A stretch of 39,594 bases of DNA. Origin: a virus. Taxonomy: Duplodnaviria > Caudoviricetes. Below the pieces are notes generated by a model. It was not told the origin of the DNA. It worked only from the letters and a program-made list of their open reading frames with translations, and did not search any database. The translations under genes were made by a program, and so were the position numbers. The stretch spans positions 1-39,594 of IMG/VR virus record IMGVR_UViG_3300012952_000007. The stretch is one strand, 5' to 3'. How positions within the stretch are numbered: position 1 is the stretch's first letter; every line of letters begins with the position of its first letter. Positions 25,013 through 35,351 of this stretch are shown here, one piece after another.

Positions 25013-26674
25013 TTAGCCCCAGTCATCTCCCCAGACCTTCCCGGTATGGTTAAAGTGGGTTGGCATTGTCCCAGTGGAACGTCTGCCTTCTATAGGCTCT
25101 ACACCCTCAACAAACCATGTAGGCTTAGTTGCATAGTCACCTGTCGGGAACATGCTAAACCTTAGGTGCCGGATGTGGTGCTCATCTTCAGCCTCAAAGC
25201 ATGAGGACTCCCAGTATATAGGGATAGATACTGCATGGCTTCTGCCACCAGGGGTTTGCTGGGCGTCTATGCCACCACCATACCTATATAACTTGTTCCC
25301 ACCCGTAGTGTATATGACAGGCTCTTTGCCCTCCACAGCATACGCTGCGTCTGACATGATAGATGACGGTGTAAACGCCAAAGCACCGGACCTTGATGTC
25401 CCTGGAGCCAGCCTTACATAGTATGACCAAGCACCTATCTTGTAGTTTAATACCAATATAAGGCTATAGTCCTCTTCCTCGACTGGGATGCCGAACCAGA
25501 CTTGATTCTTATGAGATATGTCTACAGCAGAAATACCATTGAGTCGGTTCTTATCTGCCTTGAATGGATACCCCAGCGTTGATAGCAACTCTTGCGGTAC
25601 GGAGCCATTGCCGCCTGGAAGACGCTGGTTGAATATTCCATTGGTGAATAAGGAATCTACTCCAGAGGAGATTTTAGTAGCTGAGCCTTCAGCAAACATA
25701 TAGATACCATCTACTCCAGCAAAGAATACCCCAGCCTTTGTAGCGACTATGCTCTTATGTGATACACACCCTATGCCTGGGACTAGCAGATCTATACGTG
25801 CTGCATTAGGGTTCCAAGCCGCAGCCCCTAAGTCTCCTCGCACTGCCCATATGTTTACATCGGTAAAGACTAATAGCATGTCGCTAACGCTAACCATGCC
25901 GGTAATCTTCTCTCTACTGTCTACGCCGAACTCATGACCACCTCTAATGCCTAGAGGGTCAAATGGATCGCTAAATGCAATGTGCTGGCTAGTAACATTA
26001 ATACTCGTCCTGTCTACGCTGAGTATGCTCTCAGTCAATGCGTTCTGACCGTCAGGCCAGGATGATGAGAGATCGAACTGCTGCAGATGACCGAACCCAG
26101 AATAATACATTCTGGCTCTGTGCCACTCTGCTATCGTACCCTTTGGGGTGCTAGTCCAGTAGAACCATGAAGAGTAGGCAGCTATGTTATCGTCCTCGGA
26201 ACCACCACCCATCTTTGCTTTTCTTACAGAAGTCTTGTCAGTACCCTTCCATATGTAGGAGTTATGAGGGGTGACTATGAGGACGACGTTCCTCTCCTTC
26301 TTATGAGGAACTCTAAATATGTTACATTGCCAGTCTTTGTCTTGGGGTTCCCCATGAGTATCAGTCAGGTTAATGCTAGAGACTAAGCGACCATCAATGT
26401 CAAAGATGTCTAGGTAAACGTCCTTCTCTGCGGCATTGTAGCCAGCGACAAATACAAAGGACTCTTCGTTGACAGACTCAAATATAAATACCTGTCCATT
26501 GTCAGGCTTAATGTCAGCGGCTTCATTTAATGTAGCTGCACCAACAACCATAAACCCTTCTCTAGGCTCGATATAACCATTCGAGAAGTCCACATTAATA
26601 GCGCAGCGAGAATGCCCAGGTTGATTAAGGTGGGTGCGTTCCTCTACGCCTAGCCAAGGCCCCTTAACCTTCAT
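25013..26674 (-). CDS. Tail nozzle / stabilization protein (P22 gp10 / T7 gp12-like), C-terminally truncated
   Basis: Follows the adaptor; KITGM...LLVF, GIGCVSHKSI, VFFAGVDGIY, LVLNY..GAW motifs; ends abruptly at VWGDDWG. Confidence 0.8.
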   Translation of the reverse strand: MKVKGPWLGVEERTHLNQPGHSRCAINVDFSNGYIEPREGFMVVGAATLNEAADIKPDNGQVFIFESVNEESFVFVAGYNAAEKDVYLDIFDIDGRLVSSINLTDTHGEPQDKDWQCNIFRVPHKKERNVVLIVTPHNSYIWKGTDKTSVRKAKMGGGSEDDNIAAYSSWFYWTSTPKGTIAEWHRARMYYSGFGHLQQFDLSSSWPDGQNALTESILSVDRTSINVTSQHIAFSDPFDPLGIRGGHEFGVDSREKITGMVSVSDMLLVFTDVNIWAVRGDLGAAAWNPNAARIDLLVPGIGCVSHKSIVATKAGVFFAGVDGIYMFAEGSATKISSGVDSLFTNGIFNQRLPGGNGSVPQELLSTLGYPFKADKNRLNGISAVDISHKNQVWFGIPVEEEDYSLILVLNYKIGAWSYYVRLAPGTSRSGALAFTPSSIMSDAAYAVEGKEPVIYTTGGNKLYRYGGGIDAQQTPGGRSHAVSIPIYWESSCFEAEDEHHIRHLRFSMFPTGDYATKPTWFVEGVEPIEGRRSTGTMPTHFNHTGKVWGDDWG

Positions 26675-27351
26675 TAGTAAACTATCCCAGTGATGAGCTT
26701 CTTGGTTCTGGTCTTGGCCCCAGTAAAGGAGCGGATGTATTCGTCTATCTTCTGCTGGGTAAGCATTAAGGCTTGATTAGGCTCACGCTCCTTCGCTGAC
26801 ATAAGGGTCACGAGCACCTCAATAACTAAATCCTCATACTCTGGCACCACATCGTCTAATACCTTTGTAACATCCTGCGGGAACGGAACATACTGTACAT
26901 ATAGAGGCTTAGATGTTGTAGGTGGTGGAACTAGCTTTAGGTTCCCACGCTCGTAGCACCAGTATGGTGACTTAACATATGAGCCTGGATGTGTGCCAGA
27001 GTATGCTGCGGCACTTACCGTGTTGATCTCTTCAAGCTCAACAGGCTTATTAGCGTTAGTGACTGCTGCTGCATTAGGTAGGGTAGCTACACTTAAGAGT
27101 CGTAAGGGTTTTGTGGATGCCCCCTCTGCTGTAGTCAGGGCAGTGCTTAAGTCATAGGACTCTGTGTCTGCTGGGTATGTAATTGCTGTTGTCTTACTTA
27201 GTAACTTAGGATCAACGGCAGATAAACGATACCATACAAGCCTACTTGCCCGTCTAGCTAGAAGTGTCTTTTCAGAGGTGGTCCAGAAGCTGCCATCACT
27301 AGGCTCATCTAGTAATACTAGCGCCTCACTAATTACGTCGTCTAACGTCAA
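26674..27351 (-). CDS. Head-tail adaptor protein
   Basis: MTLDDVI...FWT..E, LKLVPPP...YV.Y..P, VPEYEDL motifs; position before nozzle. Confidence 0.75.
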   Translation of the reverse strand: MTLDDVISEALVLLDEPSDGSFWTTSEKTLLARRASRLVWYRLSAVDPKLLSKTTAITYPADTESYDLSTALTTAEGASTKPLRLLSVATLPNAAAVTNANKPVELEEINTVSAAAYSGTHPGSYVKSPYWCYERGNLKLVPPPTTSKPLYVQYVPFPQDVTKVLDDVVPEYEDLVIEVLVTLMSAKEREPNQALMLTQQKIDEYIRSFTGAKTRTKKLITGIVY

Positions 27352-27847
27352 AATACTTCCCCATAGGTCGGGGAGTATTACGAATGGGCTTATGGTACGT
27401 AATCTCTTCCCTGAACTTAGAGTATACTTCTCGGAGGAATGCCCTACCTTCCTCCTTCTCTGCCTTCACTCGCTTTTCATGCTCGGCTTGCTCTATACCG
27501 AACTGCCTATCTTCCCATGTACCCATATAGTCCCCTGACATCATGTCATGAGAGCGTAACCAATCGGCTATTCTACCCACATCGGGGTCTAGGTACACAC
27601 TGTCTGGACCTTGCCAAACATAAAAAGGCTTCAGGAAATTAATAGTAGTAGCTGAGTCCCCTTCTATATAGACATCTTCGGCTTTATAGCAGAGAACCCA
27701 GCGATCTACTTCTGGATCATAAGCTAATGCCACAGGCCACGAGGGAGATACACCTTTAGAGGGTGGATATAGCTCATGGATTTGCCTTGTGCGTTCAGCG
27801 TCTTCGCGTAAACGTTTACAGCGTTCTATGACATGCTTACTAATCAT
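27329..27847 (-). CDS. Hypothetical head-associated protein
   Basis: 172 aa, coupled within the structural unit. Confidence 0.7.
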   Translation of the reverse strand: MISKHVIERCKRLREDAERTRQIHELYPPSKGVSPSWPVALAYDPEVDRWVLCYKAEDVYIEGDSATTINFLKPFYVWQGPDSVYLDPDVGRIADWLRSHDMMSGDYMGTWEDRQFGIEQAEHEKRVKAEKEEGRAFLREVYSKFREEITYHKPIRNTPRPMGKYFDVRRRN

Positions 27848-28812
27848 TAGTCAGGAGCACCAGTGGATAGGCCTTCCTTAGTAACAAGACCTGCAAGTGC
27901 AAAGGAAGAGTTAAGGTCTAAATCACCCGATGCATTCTCAGCAAGCCCGATGTGGCAGTTCATAATTGAACAACCCTGGTAAGCACTGGGACCACCATCT
28001 GTCTGATCTAAAGCAAGCAAGACCTGACCACCACTATCTGAGTCATATAGAACGCAATCGTATATGTTCAATGACTCAACAGTACCAGACGAAGCAGCAC
28101 TCGTTAGACCGTCATGAGCAGTGATAGCACCCTTCTTACCCTTTAGGTGACAACGGCGAATAGTCACAGTGCTAATGCCGCTACCCTGACAGTGAAGGTT
28201 GATAGCCTCTCTGTATAGGTAAAGGAAATCACAGTCTTCAATCAAGACGTACTTTGAGCCTGTCTCAATATTGACACCAGAGGTATACCCATCATCATCG
28301 CTACCAGCATCAATGAAGCTACAGTTCTTAATCGTCGTATGCTGAGCGCCTACGATGTTAATGCCAAAGTTTGAACACTCATCGAAACGATAGCCATTGG
28401 CGGCTGTAGACTCGTCGCTCATTATAGGCTTAAAGCAGATGTCCTGAATCGTACAACCATTAGCTGCCACTCGGATTAGGTTACTGCCCTTCTCCCCATT
28501 TGGAGCAGAAATAAAGGTGCGATTAGAACCAGAACCCATAAGCGTAACATCAGAGGCATTAATGTATACCTCGCTACCAATCTCATGAGTGCCTGGAAGC
28601 AAAAATACTCGGTCACCTCTACCTGACGTACATGCCGCTAATGCTCCATCTACGCTGGTAAACACCATCCCTGGACCCTTACCTGCAATGCTTTGCATAA
28701 AGGCACCTGAACGTGAGTAACCATACGGCGTAACAAAGAATGTACGTCCATCCCCAAGGGAGGCAGACATATACTCTAAGAGTTGCCGTTCTCTACCATA
28801 AGATACTGACAT
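27847..28812 (-). CDS. Beta-helix protein after capsid gene (putative head fibre/decoration)
   Basis: TFFV...ALAACTSGRGDRVFLLPG, repeated I.NC.F strands; AAGGAG SD. Confidence 0.75.
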   Translation of the reverse strand: MSVSYGRERQLLEYMSASLGDGRTFFVTPYGYSRSGAFMQSIAGKGPGMVFTSVDGALAACTSGRGDRVFLLPGTHEIGSEVYINASDVTLMGSGSNRTFISAPNGEKGSNLIRVAANGCTIQDICFKPIMSDESTAANGYRFDECSNFGINIVGAQHTTIKNCSFIDAGSDDDGYTSGVNIETGSKYVLIEDCDFLYLYREAINLHCQGSGISTVTIRRCHLKGKKGAITAHDGLTSAASSGTVESLNIYDCVLYDSDSGGQVLLALDQTDGGPSAYQGCSIMNCHIGLAENASGDLDLNSSFALAGLVTKEGLSTGAPD

Positions 28813-28824
28813 TTATATTACTCC

Positions 28825-30186
28825 TTACTCGTAGAGGCTACCCTCATCAACTGCGATATCTTCAATAACAAAGTTACGCTTACGGTCGGTTACACCAAAG
28901 TTTTTGTAGAGCTTACCGAATGCAACCATTGCATCCTTACCCTTCTCCCACTTCCAGACAGTACCATTAGACTCATCCCATTGGAAGGCCTTAACGATAA
29001 AGCATTTCATGGAGCTAGGGTCAATACCCCAGAGCTTACCATGTCGAGCCTGACGATCAGCATATACACGGACTGGCTTAGCACCACCTGCATACTCTAA
29101 TACAGACCAACCAGCAACTAGCTTCTGAGGAGCATAACGCTCTCGACCTAGCGACTTAATGTGAAACAGGAATGAGTCTCGTACAGAAGTATGTGCAACT
29201 GCAAACTCAGTGTTACCATTGGTACGGTCAGTAATGCGGTTAAGAGCCTGTTGGAAGAGAACCTCATCCAAAGGACGCTTAGTGCCACCGTTACTTAGTA
29301 CTGATGCTTTCCATTCAGGATAGTCTGCCGCTGGATCAATGCCCTGGAGAGCACCAGTGCCTACCAAGCCAGTAAGACCCATGACCTCTTGACCAAATGA
29401 ATGTGTACCAGCGGTGTTAGCATCACCTCGAACGAATACATCTGTGGCAACGGGAGCGGCTCCACCTACCTTAGATACAACAAACTCGTTGTATGGCGAA
29501 GAGTCACTCACTGACTTAATATAGCCATAACCCGTGCCCACTGGAGCGGGGGCTGAAAACCCTGTCTTAGGAGGCCCAGCACCTTCTGTGCCAGCATCAT
29601 ACTGACCCCAAGCAACCCACATGCCAGGACGTAGGCACTTAGTAGTGTTCCAAGCCCAACCAGTAAAGTTGGTAGGGGAGTCTCCAGCATCTTCTGACAG
29701 GATGGTTACTGTAGAATCATCACCAGATGTAGAAGGAATATCCTTAACCTCGCAAAGGATGCCCTTGCTATCACCATAAGCCTGTCGGCCTAGGTCATAA
29801 CGAAGGTCCATAACGGCATTACGGATTTGGTCTTCCTTAACACTAGCCCATGCACCTGCTTGGTCTCGTGTCTGAGCATCTGCTTGACCAGTAACCTTAA
29901 CAGAACAGTATAGAGACTTATTAGCCACGATACTCTCTGCATAGGTCAATGCACGACTCTCTGGAAGGGTAGCGTCCTCACCACGAGCACCTACACTTTC
30001 CGATGAACGCATATGTACTGGCACTTGGTGTTGTTTACCCGTCCAATACTCTTTAGTTTTCTCTAACTCGCCTAGAAGCACTACTTCCCGGTTTAGGGTC
30101 TGCACAGCCTTTGCTGCATAGTAGATCTTCATAGCCTCAGCGAAGTTAGTAGTATTCTGCAGTGTTGCAGTTGGATCAAAAGCCAT
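28825..30186 (-). CDS. Major capsid protein
   Basis: 453 aa after scaffold; AAGGAG SD; VGARGE.ATLP, GDSKG, GLTGLV...GID...W motifs of podoviral capsids. Confidence 0.88.
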   Translation of the reverse strand: MAFDPTATLQNTTNFAEAMKIYYAAKAVQTLNREVVLLGELEKTKEYWTGKQHQVPVHMRSSESVGARGEDATLPESRALTYAESIVANKSLYCSVKVTGQADAQTRDQAGAWASVKEDQIRNAVMDLRYDLGRQAYGDSKGILCEVKDIPSTSGDDSTVTILSEDAGDSPTNFTGWAWNTTKCLRPGMWVAWGQYDAGTEGAGPPKTGFSAPAPVGTGYGYIKSVSDSSPYNEFVVSKVGGAAPVATDVFVRGDANTAGTHSFGQEVMGLTGLVGTGALQGIDPAADYPEWKASVLSNGGTKRPLDEVLFQQALNRITDRTNGNTEFAVAHTSVRDSFLFHIKSLGRERYAPQKLVAGWSVLEYAGGAKPVRVYADRQARHGKLWGIDPSSMKCFIVKAFQWDESNGTVWKWEKGKDAMVAFGKLYKNFGVTDRKRNFVIEDIAVDEGSLYE

Positions 30187-30195
30187 CTTTACTCC

Positions 30196-30969
30196 TTATT
30201 TCACTCCATACTTTTGTAGTAGGTACTTCCTACCAGATTTCCAATCTTTACTATCACCAAAAACCTCCGACAACCCCTTGTTATCAGATGATGCTTTTGA
30301 AGGAGCAGAGGCTTTACTTACACTAGTTGGAGGTTTTTTCTTCCCCCGTCTAGATCTTACGCGACTAACGATTGCATTATGAGTTTCCCTAGCGATAGCC
30401 TTTAAGGTCTTTTGACCCCCTAACGCATGGTATTTTGCAAGGATAGTTTCTGGGTCTGCGTAATGATATTGGTCGCTTAATGACTCAGCCTGAGTTGTTA
30501 ACTGTTGTGCTCGAGCTTGTAGTGAATTAGCCCGTGTACTCTGTTCCATAGAGGCTAGTCGTTGCTCTAAAGTATGAGCCTTCTTAGCTTCCTCAACAAA
30601 CTTACGTTTAAGAAAGTCAAAGCGTGGGTCTTCCTCATACTCTGGAGGCAACTCAGGCATATTGGCTAAAGGGTTATACTCTTCTTGAGGTTGCAACTGT
30701 TGCTGCATCTGCTGATTCATCTGCTGGAAATGCTGAAGCTGAGCTTCATACTGTGCTTTTATAGCAGCCAGCTTTTCATCCTGATCTGCCACAGCTTCAG
30801 GCTCAATTTCAGATTCAACCTCAACCTCCGCACCTGCCATCTCAACTGGTTCATCCAACGCTTTAATACTCTCAGGTACATCTGGTTCTCCACTAGGTAA
30901 TGCTGGGGGCTTTACAACCTCTCCAGCTTCCATTTTAGCTACCATATCTTGGACTGCATCGTCATTCAT
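30196..30969 (-). CDS. Capsid scaffolding protein
   Basis: Acidic N-terminus, coiled coil, basic Pro/Ser C-terminus; between portal and capsid. Confidence 0.8.
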   Translation of the reverse strand: MNDDAVQDMVAKMEAGEVVKPPALPSGEPDVPESIKALDEPVEMAGAEVEVESEIEPEAVADQDEKLAAIKAQYEAQLQHFQQMNQQMQQQLQPQEEYNPLANMPELPPEYEEDPRFDFLKRKFVEEAKKAHTLEQRLASMEQSTRANSLQARAQQLTTQAESLSDQYHYADPETILAKYHALGGQKTLKAIARETHNAIVSRVRSRRGKKKPPTSVSKASAPSKASSDNKGLSEVFGDSKDWKSGRKYLLQKYGVK

Positions 30970-32999
30970 TATACTATCTCCTCTTGACCTACACCTGGGC
31001 CTTTAGGGGTTTTATCTGGTCCTAGAGCATTGTTAAGCTCTGGCGTTCCTCCTGGTAGCTTAGGGCCTTCTGCCCCCATAATACCAGGAAGTTCTTGCTG
31101 AAGCTGTTGAGATTCTTGTACACCTACACCAGCATCTAGACCTAATGCATGAGAGTATACAGGGACACCCTGGGCCTTTTGGGATGCTTGATGCATATGC
31201 TGGGCAATATGTTCAAAGAATGCTTCCTGCCTTTCCTTGGGCAGTGAATTAAACTCTGCCGTATGAGCTTGCTTTACATGCTCACGCATATGTACCTGAT
31301 CGTCCTCAAAGAACCTTACCTCTAGCTCTGCACCCTCATAGAAGTGCATATGCTCTAGCCTTGAACGACGTACATGCATATCCTCATGAGGGTCTGCGCT
31401 GTCATAACCATTCTGACCTAGCATCTCTCGTATCCTTAACTGGACCATAGGGTCTTGCATGTTTCCATATACACCTAACTGAGCATACTGAATAATCTGC
31501 TCTCGCGTGTAAGAGGGGTTTCTAGGCAACATGCTACCAGCAACAATCTCTACCTCTACATCCTGCAAGTCTTCAGCATGTACGGTATAGACCTCTGCTT
31601 CTCTGTTAGGACCAACAACCTGGAAAGTTGCAGGGGCTTCTGCAAAGTGCATCCAAAGGTAACAGATGCCCTTAGCCATATCCTCTACCATTCTCTCCAT
31701 AGAAGATACAGTGGGACCAAGCTTGCTTTCATCAAGGTCAGATAGATAGCCCATAGCTCTACCTGATGTAAGGTTACCCGCCTTACCAGTGCTAATCTCA
31801 TGCACCCCTGTTATATCGTACATAGAAGAGAGTATTCCCTCTACCATCTGCCAAAGGCTACTGGGTATAGGTACTGGCTCGATTCTAGCAGGAGGAGGTC
31901 CATAGTTGGGGTTGTATTCAATAACTTGGTCCGGTCTGCCTCCCTCAATTGGTGACCTAACAGACCCAGCAGGCATAACCCAACTAGGATTAGTATGCAT
32001 ATTGCGTAGCTCAATCGCTTGAGAGACTGTTCTGTTGAGTTCTCGCTGCTGGTCAATAACATCTTCTACCGTCCCTACCCCAAAGAACCTACCACCACTG
32101 CCCTTATCTCTCATCATAGCAATGCTATAACGACCGTTGATAAGCACTTCCTCAGAGAGGATGTAATGATTATCTAGCAGGAATATACGCCTTCCGTCTG
32201 GATAGTCACCTGTTGGAGCTTCCTCGTATTCATATATTTTAATTATGTCTTCTTTATGGCTTTCCGTTTGCGTATATCCAGCCAGTTCTCTTCGTATCTG
32301 CTCGTACTCTCCTGTGAACTTATGCTTATGAGTCTTAGCATAGTCATCTATAAGCTTTGTCTTTGCTGGGAACTGCTCTTTAGCATGGTCTATATGCATT
32401 GAGTGGGCTACTGCTATCCACTTGCACTCATCGAGATCTGTAGCATTCCAGTCTGGAAATACATCCCAAGGCTCAATTACACGAACTACTGGTGCCCCAC
32501 TAAAGCCTATTGTTAAATCTTCCCCAGTGTCTGGGTCCAGCACTGTTATAGGTAAACCCCTGTATGGTTCCCAACTCCACTTGATAAACCCAGTTCCCGT
32601 TACCACTGCCCACCATGCGGCTGCACGTATCTTGTCTTGATACTTTAACAGCCTGTGTAGGTATTGGTATAAGCCATTTACTATGACTGCCTTACTCTCC
32701 GCTGGCATGTCTGCCTTTCTAGGCCTTGCGGTAATGCCTGGGTCTGACCGTGTTAGCTTTGCTATAAGCGTGTTCACGATAGGTCTAATCATGTTGTGAG
32801 TGATTCTGATTCTATACGAAGGCATCTTAGGAACTAACCCTGAGCCACCCCTGTATATGCTGTATTGATCACCGTTCGTAAATGCTATATTCGTATGCCA
32901 CTTGTCAGCTAACTCACGCTTGTAATCTTCACAGGCTTCAACCTTCTCACGGATATGCTCTGCTAGCTTCTGATGCTTCTTGCTTTGCTTAAAGTCCAC
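30969..32999 (-). CDS. Portal protein (P22-like)
   Basis: GDQY, HNMIRP, GTGFIK, V.PWDVFPD, QRELN, ITGV...SGRA motifs. Confidence 0.9.
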   Translation of the reverse strand: MDFKQSKKHQKLAEHIREKVEACEDYKRELADKWHTNIAFTNGDQYSIYRGGSGLVPKMPSYRIRITHNMIRPIVNTLIAKLTRSDPGITARPRKADMPAESKAVIVNGLYQYLHRLLKYQDKIRAAAWWAVVTGTGFIKWSWEPYRGLPITVLDPDTGEDLTIGFSGAPVVRVIEPWDVFPDWNATDLDECKWIAVAHSMHIDHAKEQFPAKTKLIDDYAKTHKHKFTGEYEQIRRELAGYTQTESHKEDIIKIYEYEEAPTGDYPDGRRIFLLDNHYILSEEVLINGRYSIAMMRDKGSGGRFFGVGTVEDVIDQQRELNRTVSQAIELRNMHTNPSWVMPAGSVRSPIEGGRPDQVIEYNPNYGPPPARIEPVPIPSSLWQMVEGILSSMYDITGVHEISTGKAGNLTSGRAMGYLSDLDESKLGPTVSSMERMVEDMAKGICYLWMHFAEAPATFQVVGPNREAEVYTVHAEDLQDVEVEIVAGSMLPRNPSYTREQIIQYAQLGVYGNMQDPMVQLRIREMLGQNGYDSADPHEDMHVRRSRLEHMHFYEGAELEVRFFEDDQVHMREHVKQAHTAEFNSLPKERQEAFFEHIAQHMHQASQKAQGVPVYSHALGLDAGVGVQESQQLQQELPGIMGAEGPKLPGGTPELNNALGPDKTPKGPGVGQEEIV

Positions 33000-33291
33000 C
33001 TGTCACCTCTATGTATGTATAGTAGTCTGGGTCCACCTTATCAGGGCTGGTGCGAGCAAGCTCGGCTTGTTCTGCTGCCCAGGCTGCATTGTCTCCAGGC
33101 AAGCCCTCAGGGAAGCTTTCTAAGGGGCCATAGTATCGCTTATCAGTTTGGAAGGACTCAGGCACAGGAGTAGCTTGCAAAGGCTGTTTAGGTTTCTCCT
33201 GCACCCTTTGTCCTAAGTGTATTAATATTTCCCCCGTGAACTCTCGTATCAAGCCCACCAAGGTACTTCCTCTTCTTCTAGTTTTGGACAT
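32989..33291 (-). CDS. Hypothetical protein
   Basis: 100-aa ORF filling the terminase-portal gap. Confidence 0.6.
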   Translation of the reverse strand: MSKTRRRGSTLVGLIREFTGEILIHLGQRVQEKPKQPLQATPVPESFQTDKRYYGPLESFPEGLPGDNAAWAAEQAELARTSPDKVDPDYYTYIEVTGGL

Positions 33292-35075
33292 TTTCTATCA
33301 AATACCTCACTGACTCCTGCCATTCTGGAGAAGTCTACCGTTGGTTTATCTTCTTGTATTGCTGGTATACCACGCTCAGACTGTAACTGATAGATATCAC
33401 AAGCAATGGCTGTTGCCATGACAAGGTCATCATTCTTACCACTTGCAGCCTCTGGCTTACCTGAGCTACCCCTTACAAAGTGTAGCATTTCATTTAGCAA
33501 CCTATGGTCGAATATCTCTATCTCCCCGCGTCTCCATAATACCGAGAAGGCATTGATAGCGTAGTTCCTGGTACGCTGGTTGGTATCGTAGCCTAACAGG
33601 TTCCTTTCATCGAAATTGATTTTACCAACCTCTGAAAACCGTCTGAATATAGGCTGTTCTGGGAAAGATGAGACTAGCTCATTGATAGTTACCAACCCGA
33701 AACTATTACGTTCCGGCACTAATAGACCGTTGTTGTAGATCCTACTAGCTAATGCCATCTGACCGGCGAGGAAGTCTGGATATACCTTAGACCTATACGT
33801 TGCCACTATTCTACAGGTAGCCCTGTCTAGCACCACTATAGCAGAGTAATCCTCTTCCTTAGACTTGCCACCTGATGCCGCATCACCAGATATAATGTAC
33901 TGATGAGTACGTTTAGGCTTTTCAATTACTGTCCAGCCACCACCTATTCCACCACCATCGCTGACGAAGGTAGGTACATCATCTATTAAATCTAAGGTGC
34001 AGTACCTCTTTACTGGCTTTAAGTCTGCTATAGCCTTCTTACGCTCGTTAATCTTACCTGTGAGGAATACAGGCCTCCCTGACATAATAAACGCTTGTTC
34101 AGGCGTTAAAGGAAACTCCTCATCAAATCTATCCTGATCACCATTACACTTGTTAGCTAACGTATTGCGCCAGAACCTCACCTTACTAGGTGTTAACCTA
34201 AACTCACATGCCCTATCATACTCCAGTGGCGTATAGTTTAGCTGAGTAGAGATTTCACGAGCAGCGACCCTATCACCATCATCTATAGCCTCAACGAACT
34301 GAGCATGTAACCGTTTCTCTATCTGCTGCTGCTTCTTGGTTGGGGCTTCAACATTGAACTCCTGCCTACGGTCTGCCCATGAATAGAATTTAGGTGCGAA
34401 ATAGGTATCTCCAGATACCGAATTAAGCCACTGCTCGTGAAAATAATTACCTGCACCCCTAGCCGTAGATTCTAAGAATACAAATGTTCCAGGCACATCA
34501 GGTACAGAGTTTAACAAAGCCTGAGCAATGTCTGCCACAGATGACTTAACACGCCCAGTACCCCAAGATGGAACCTCTGACAGGTGTAAGAAGGTAGGAG
34601 TTGCACCACGCTCCTTATCAACACTACCACCCTGCGTTCTGCATTGGAATGTAGAGCCATTAGCCCATGCTATTCTATTACCCTTAACCTTCTCACCCAG
34701 GCTAGGTCCAACCTCTGCGTGCATGTTCTCTACAATACGCTTACCTATACCAAAGATATACTCTGTAGCACTCCTATGGTGAGCTATTGTTAATGCCTCT
34801 GAGTGGGGTGTCCACTGGCAATGGTGAACAGCTAATGCCTGTATCAAGGTAGAGAACCCTAGCTTACGCGACTTGAGTATTATAATGCGTACATACCCAA
34901 GCGTATCTAGCTGATGCTGTATTGTGTTTAGAAGGTCTATCTGCTCAGGGTTTAATGCAAAAGGGACTAAGCCAAACTTACCCGTCTTCTCGTTAAGTGA
35001 GCGTATCTTATACTGGTTTTTAGCGCAGAATATAAAATCATTCTTGCATTTCGTTATGTATTGCTTCTTATTCAT
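33249..35075 (-). CDS. terL: Terminase large subunit
   Basis: Walker A LKSRKLGFST, Walker B LHLSE, FLEST coupling motif, nuclease GDAASG..DYS, ERN, DDLVMA. Confidence 0.95.
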   Translation of the reverse strand: MNKKQYITKCKNDFIFCAKNQYKIRSLNEKTGKFGLVPFALNPEQIDLLNTIQHQLDTLGYVRIIILKSRKLGFSTLIQALAVHHCQWTPHSEALTIAHHRSATEYIFGIGKRIVENMHAEVGPSLGEKVKGNRIAWANGSTFQCRTQGGSVDKERGATPTFLHLSEVPSWGTGRVKSSVADIAQALLNSVPDVPGTFVFLESTARGAGNYFHEQWLNSVSGDTYFAPKFYSWADRRQEFNVEAPTKKQQQIEKRLHAQFVEAIDDGDRVAAREISTQLNYTPLEYDRACEFRLTPSKVRFWRNTLANKCNGDQDRFDEEFPLTPEQAFIMSGRPVFLTGKINERKKAIADLKPVKRYCTLDLIDDVPTFVSDGGGIGGGWTVIEKPKRTHQYIISGDAASGGKSKEEDYSAIVVLDRATCRIVATYRSKVYPDFLAGQMALASRIYNNGLLVPERNSFGLVTINELVSSFPEQPIFRRFSEVGKINFDERNLLGYDTNQRTRNYAINAFSVLWRRGEIEIFDHRLLNEMLHFVRGSSGKPEAASGKNDDLVMATAIACDIYQLQSERGIPAIQEDKPTVDFSRMAGVSEVFDRKCPKLEEEEVPWWA

Positions 35076-35340
35076 TCCAAGGCGTATCCTTGATTTCTCT
35101 TCTCTTAGCTAGTGAAGCATGCTTAGCAGAGTTAGACAGGATATTTTGTTCCATTGCAATAATCTGTAGGTATTGTTTATATTTCTTTTCATCAAGAGTA
35201 CCATCGTCATTAAGAGACATTTCTCTTGCAAGTCGTAAGGATTCTGGACCGTGAAGAGCCACAGCCATATGCCAGTCATCGCCCATAGAAGCTACTGCCG
35301 TAGCGAAACCACCTATAGTAACTATCGCATCATCTTTCAT
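35068..35340 (-). CDS. Hypothetical, possibly terminase small subunit
   Basis: 90-aa helical ORF immediately upstream of terL; position only. Confidence 0.4.
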   Translation of the reverse strand: MKDDAIVTIGGFATAVASMGDDWHMAVALHGPESLRLAREMSLNDDGTLDEKKYKQYLQIIAMEQNILSNSAKHASLAKRREIKDTPWNE

Positions 35341-35351
35341 TGGAGTTTACC

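Noticed and set aside
11220-35112. Many + strand ORFs antisense to structural genes
   Set aside because: Ser/Leu/Ala-rich shadow frames without recognisable motifs.
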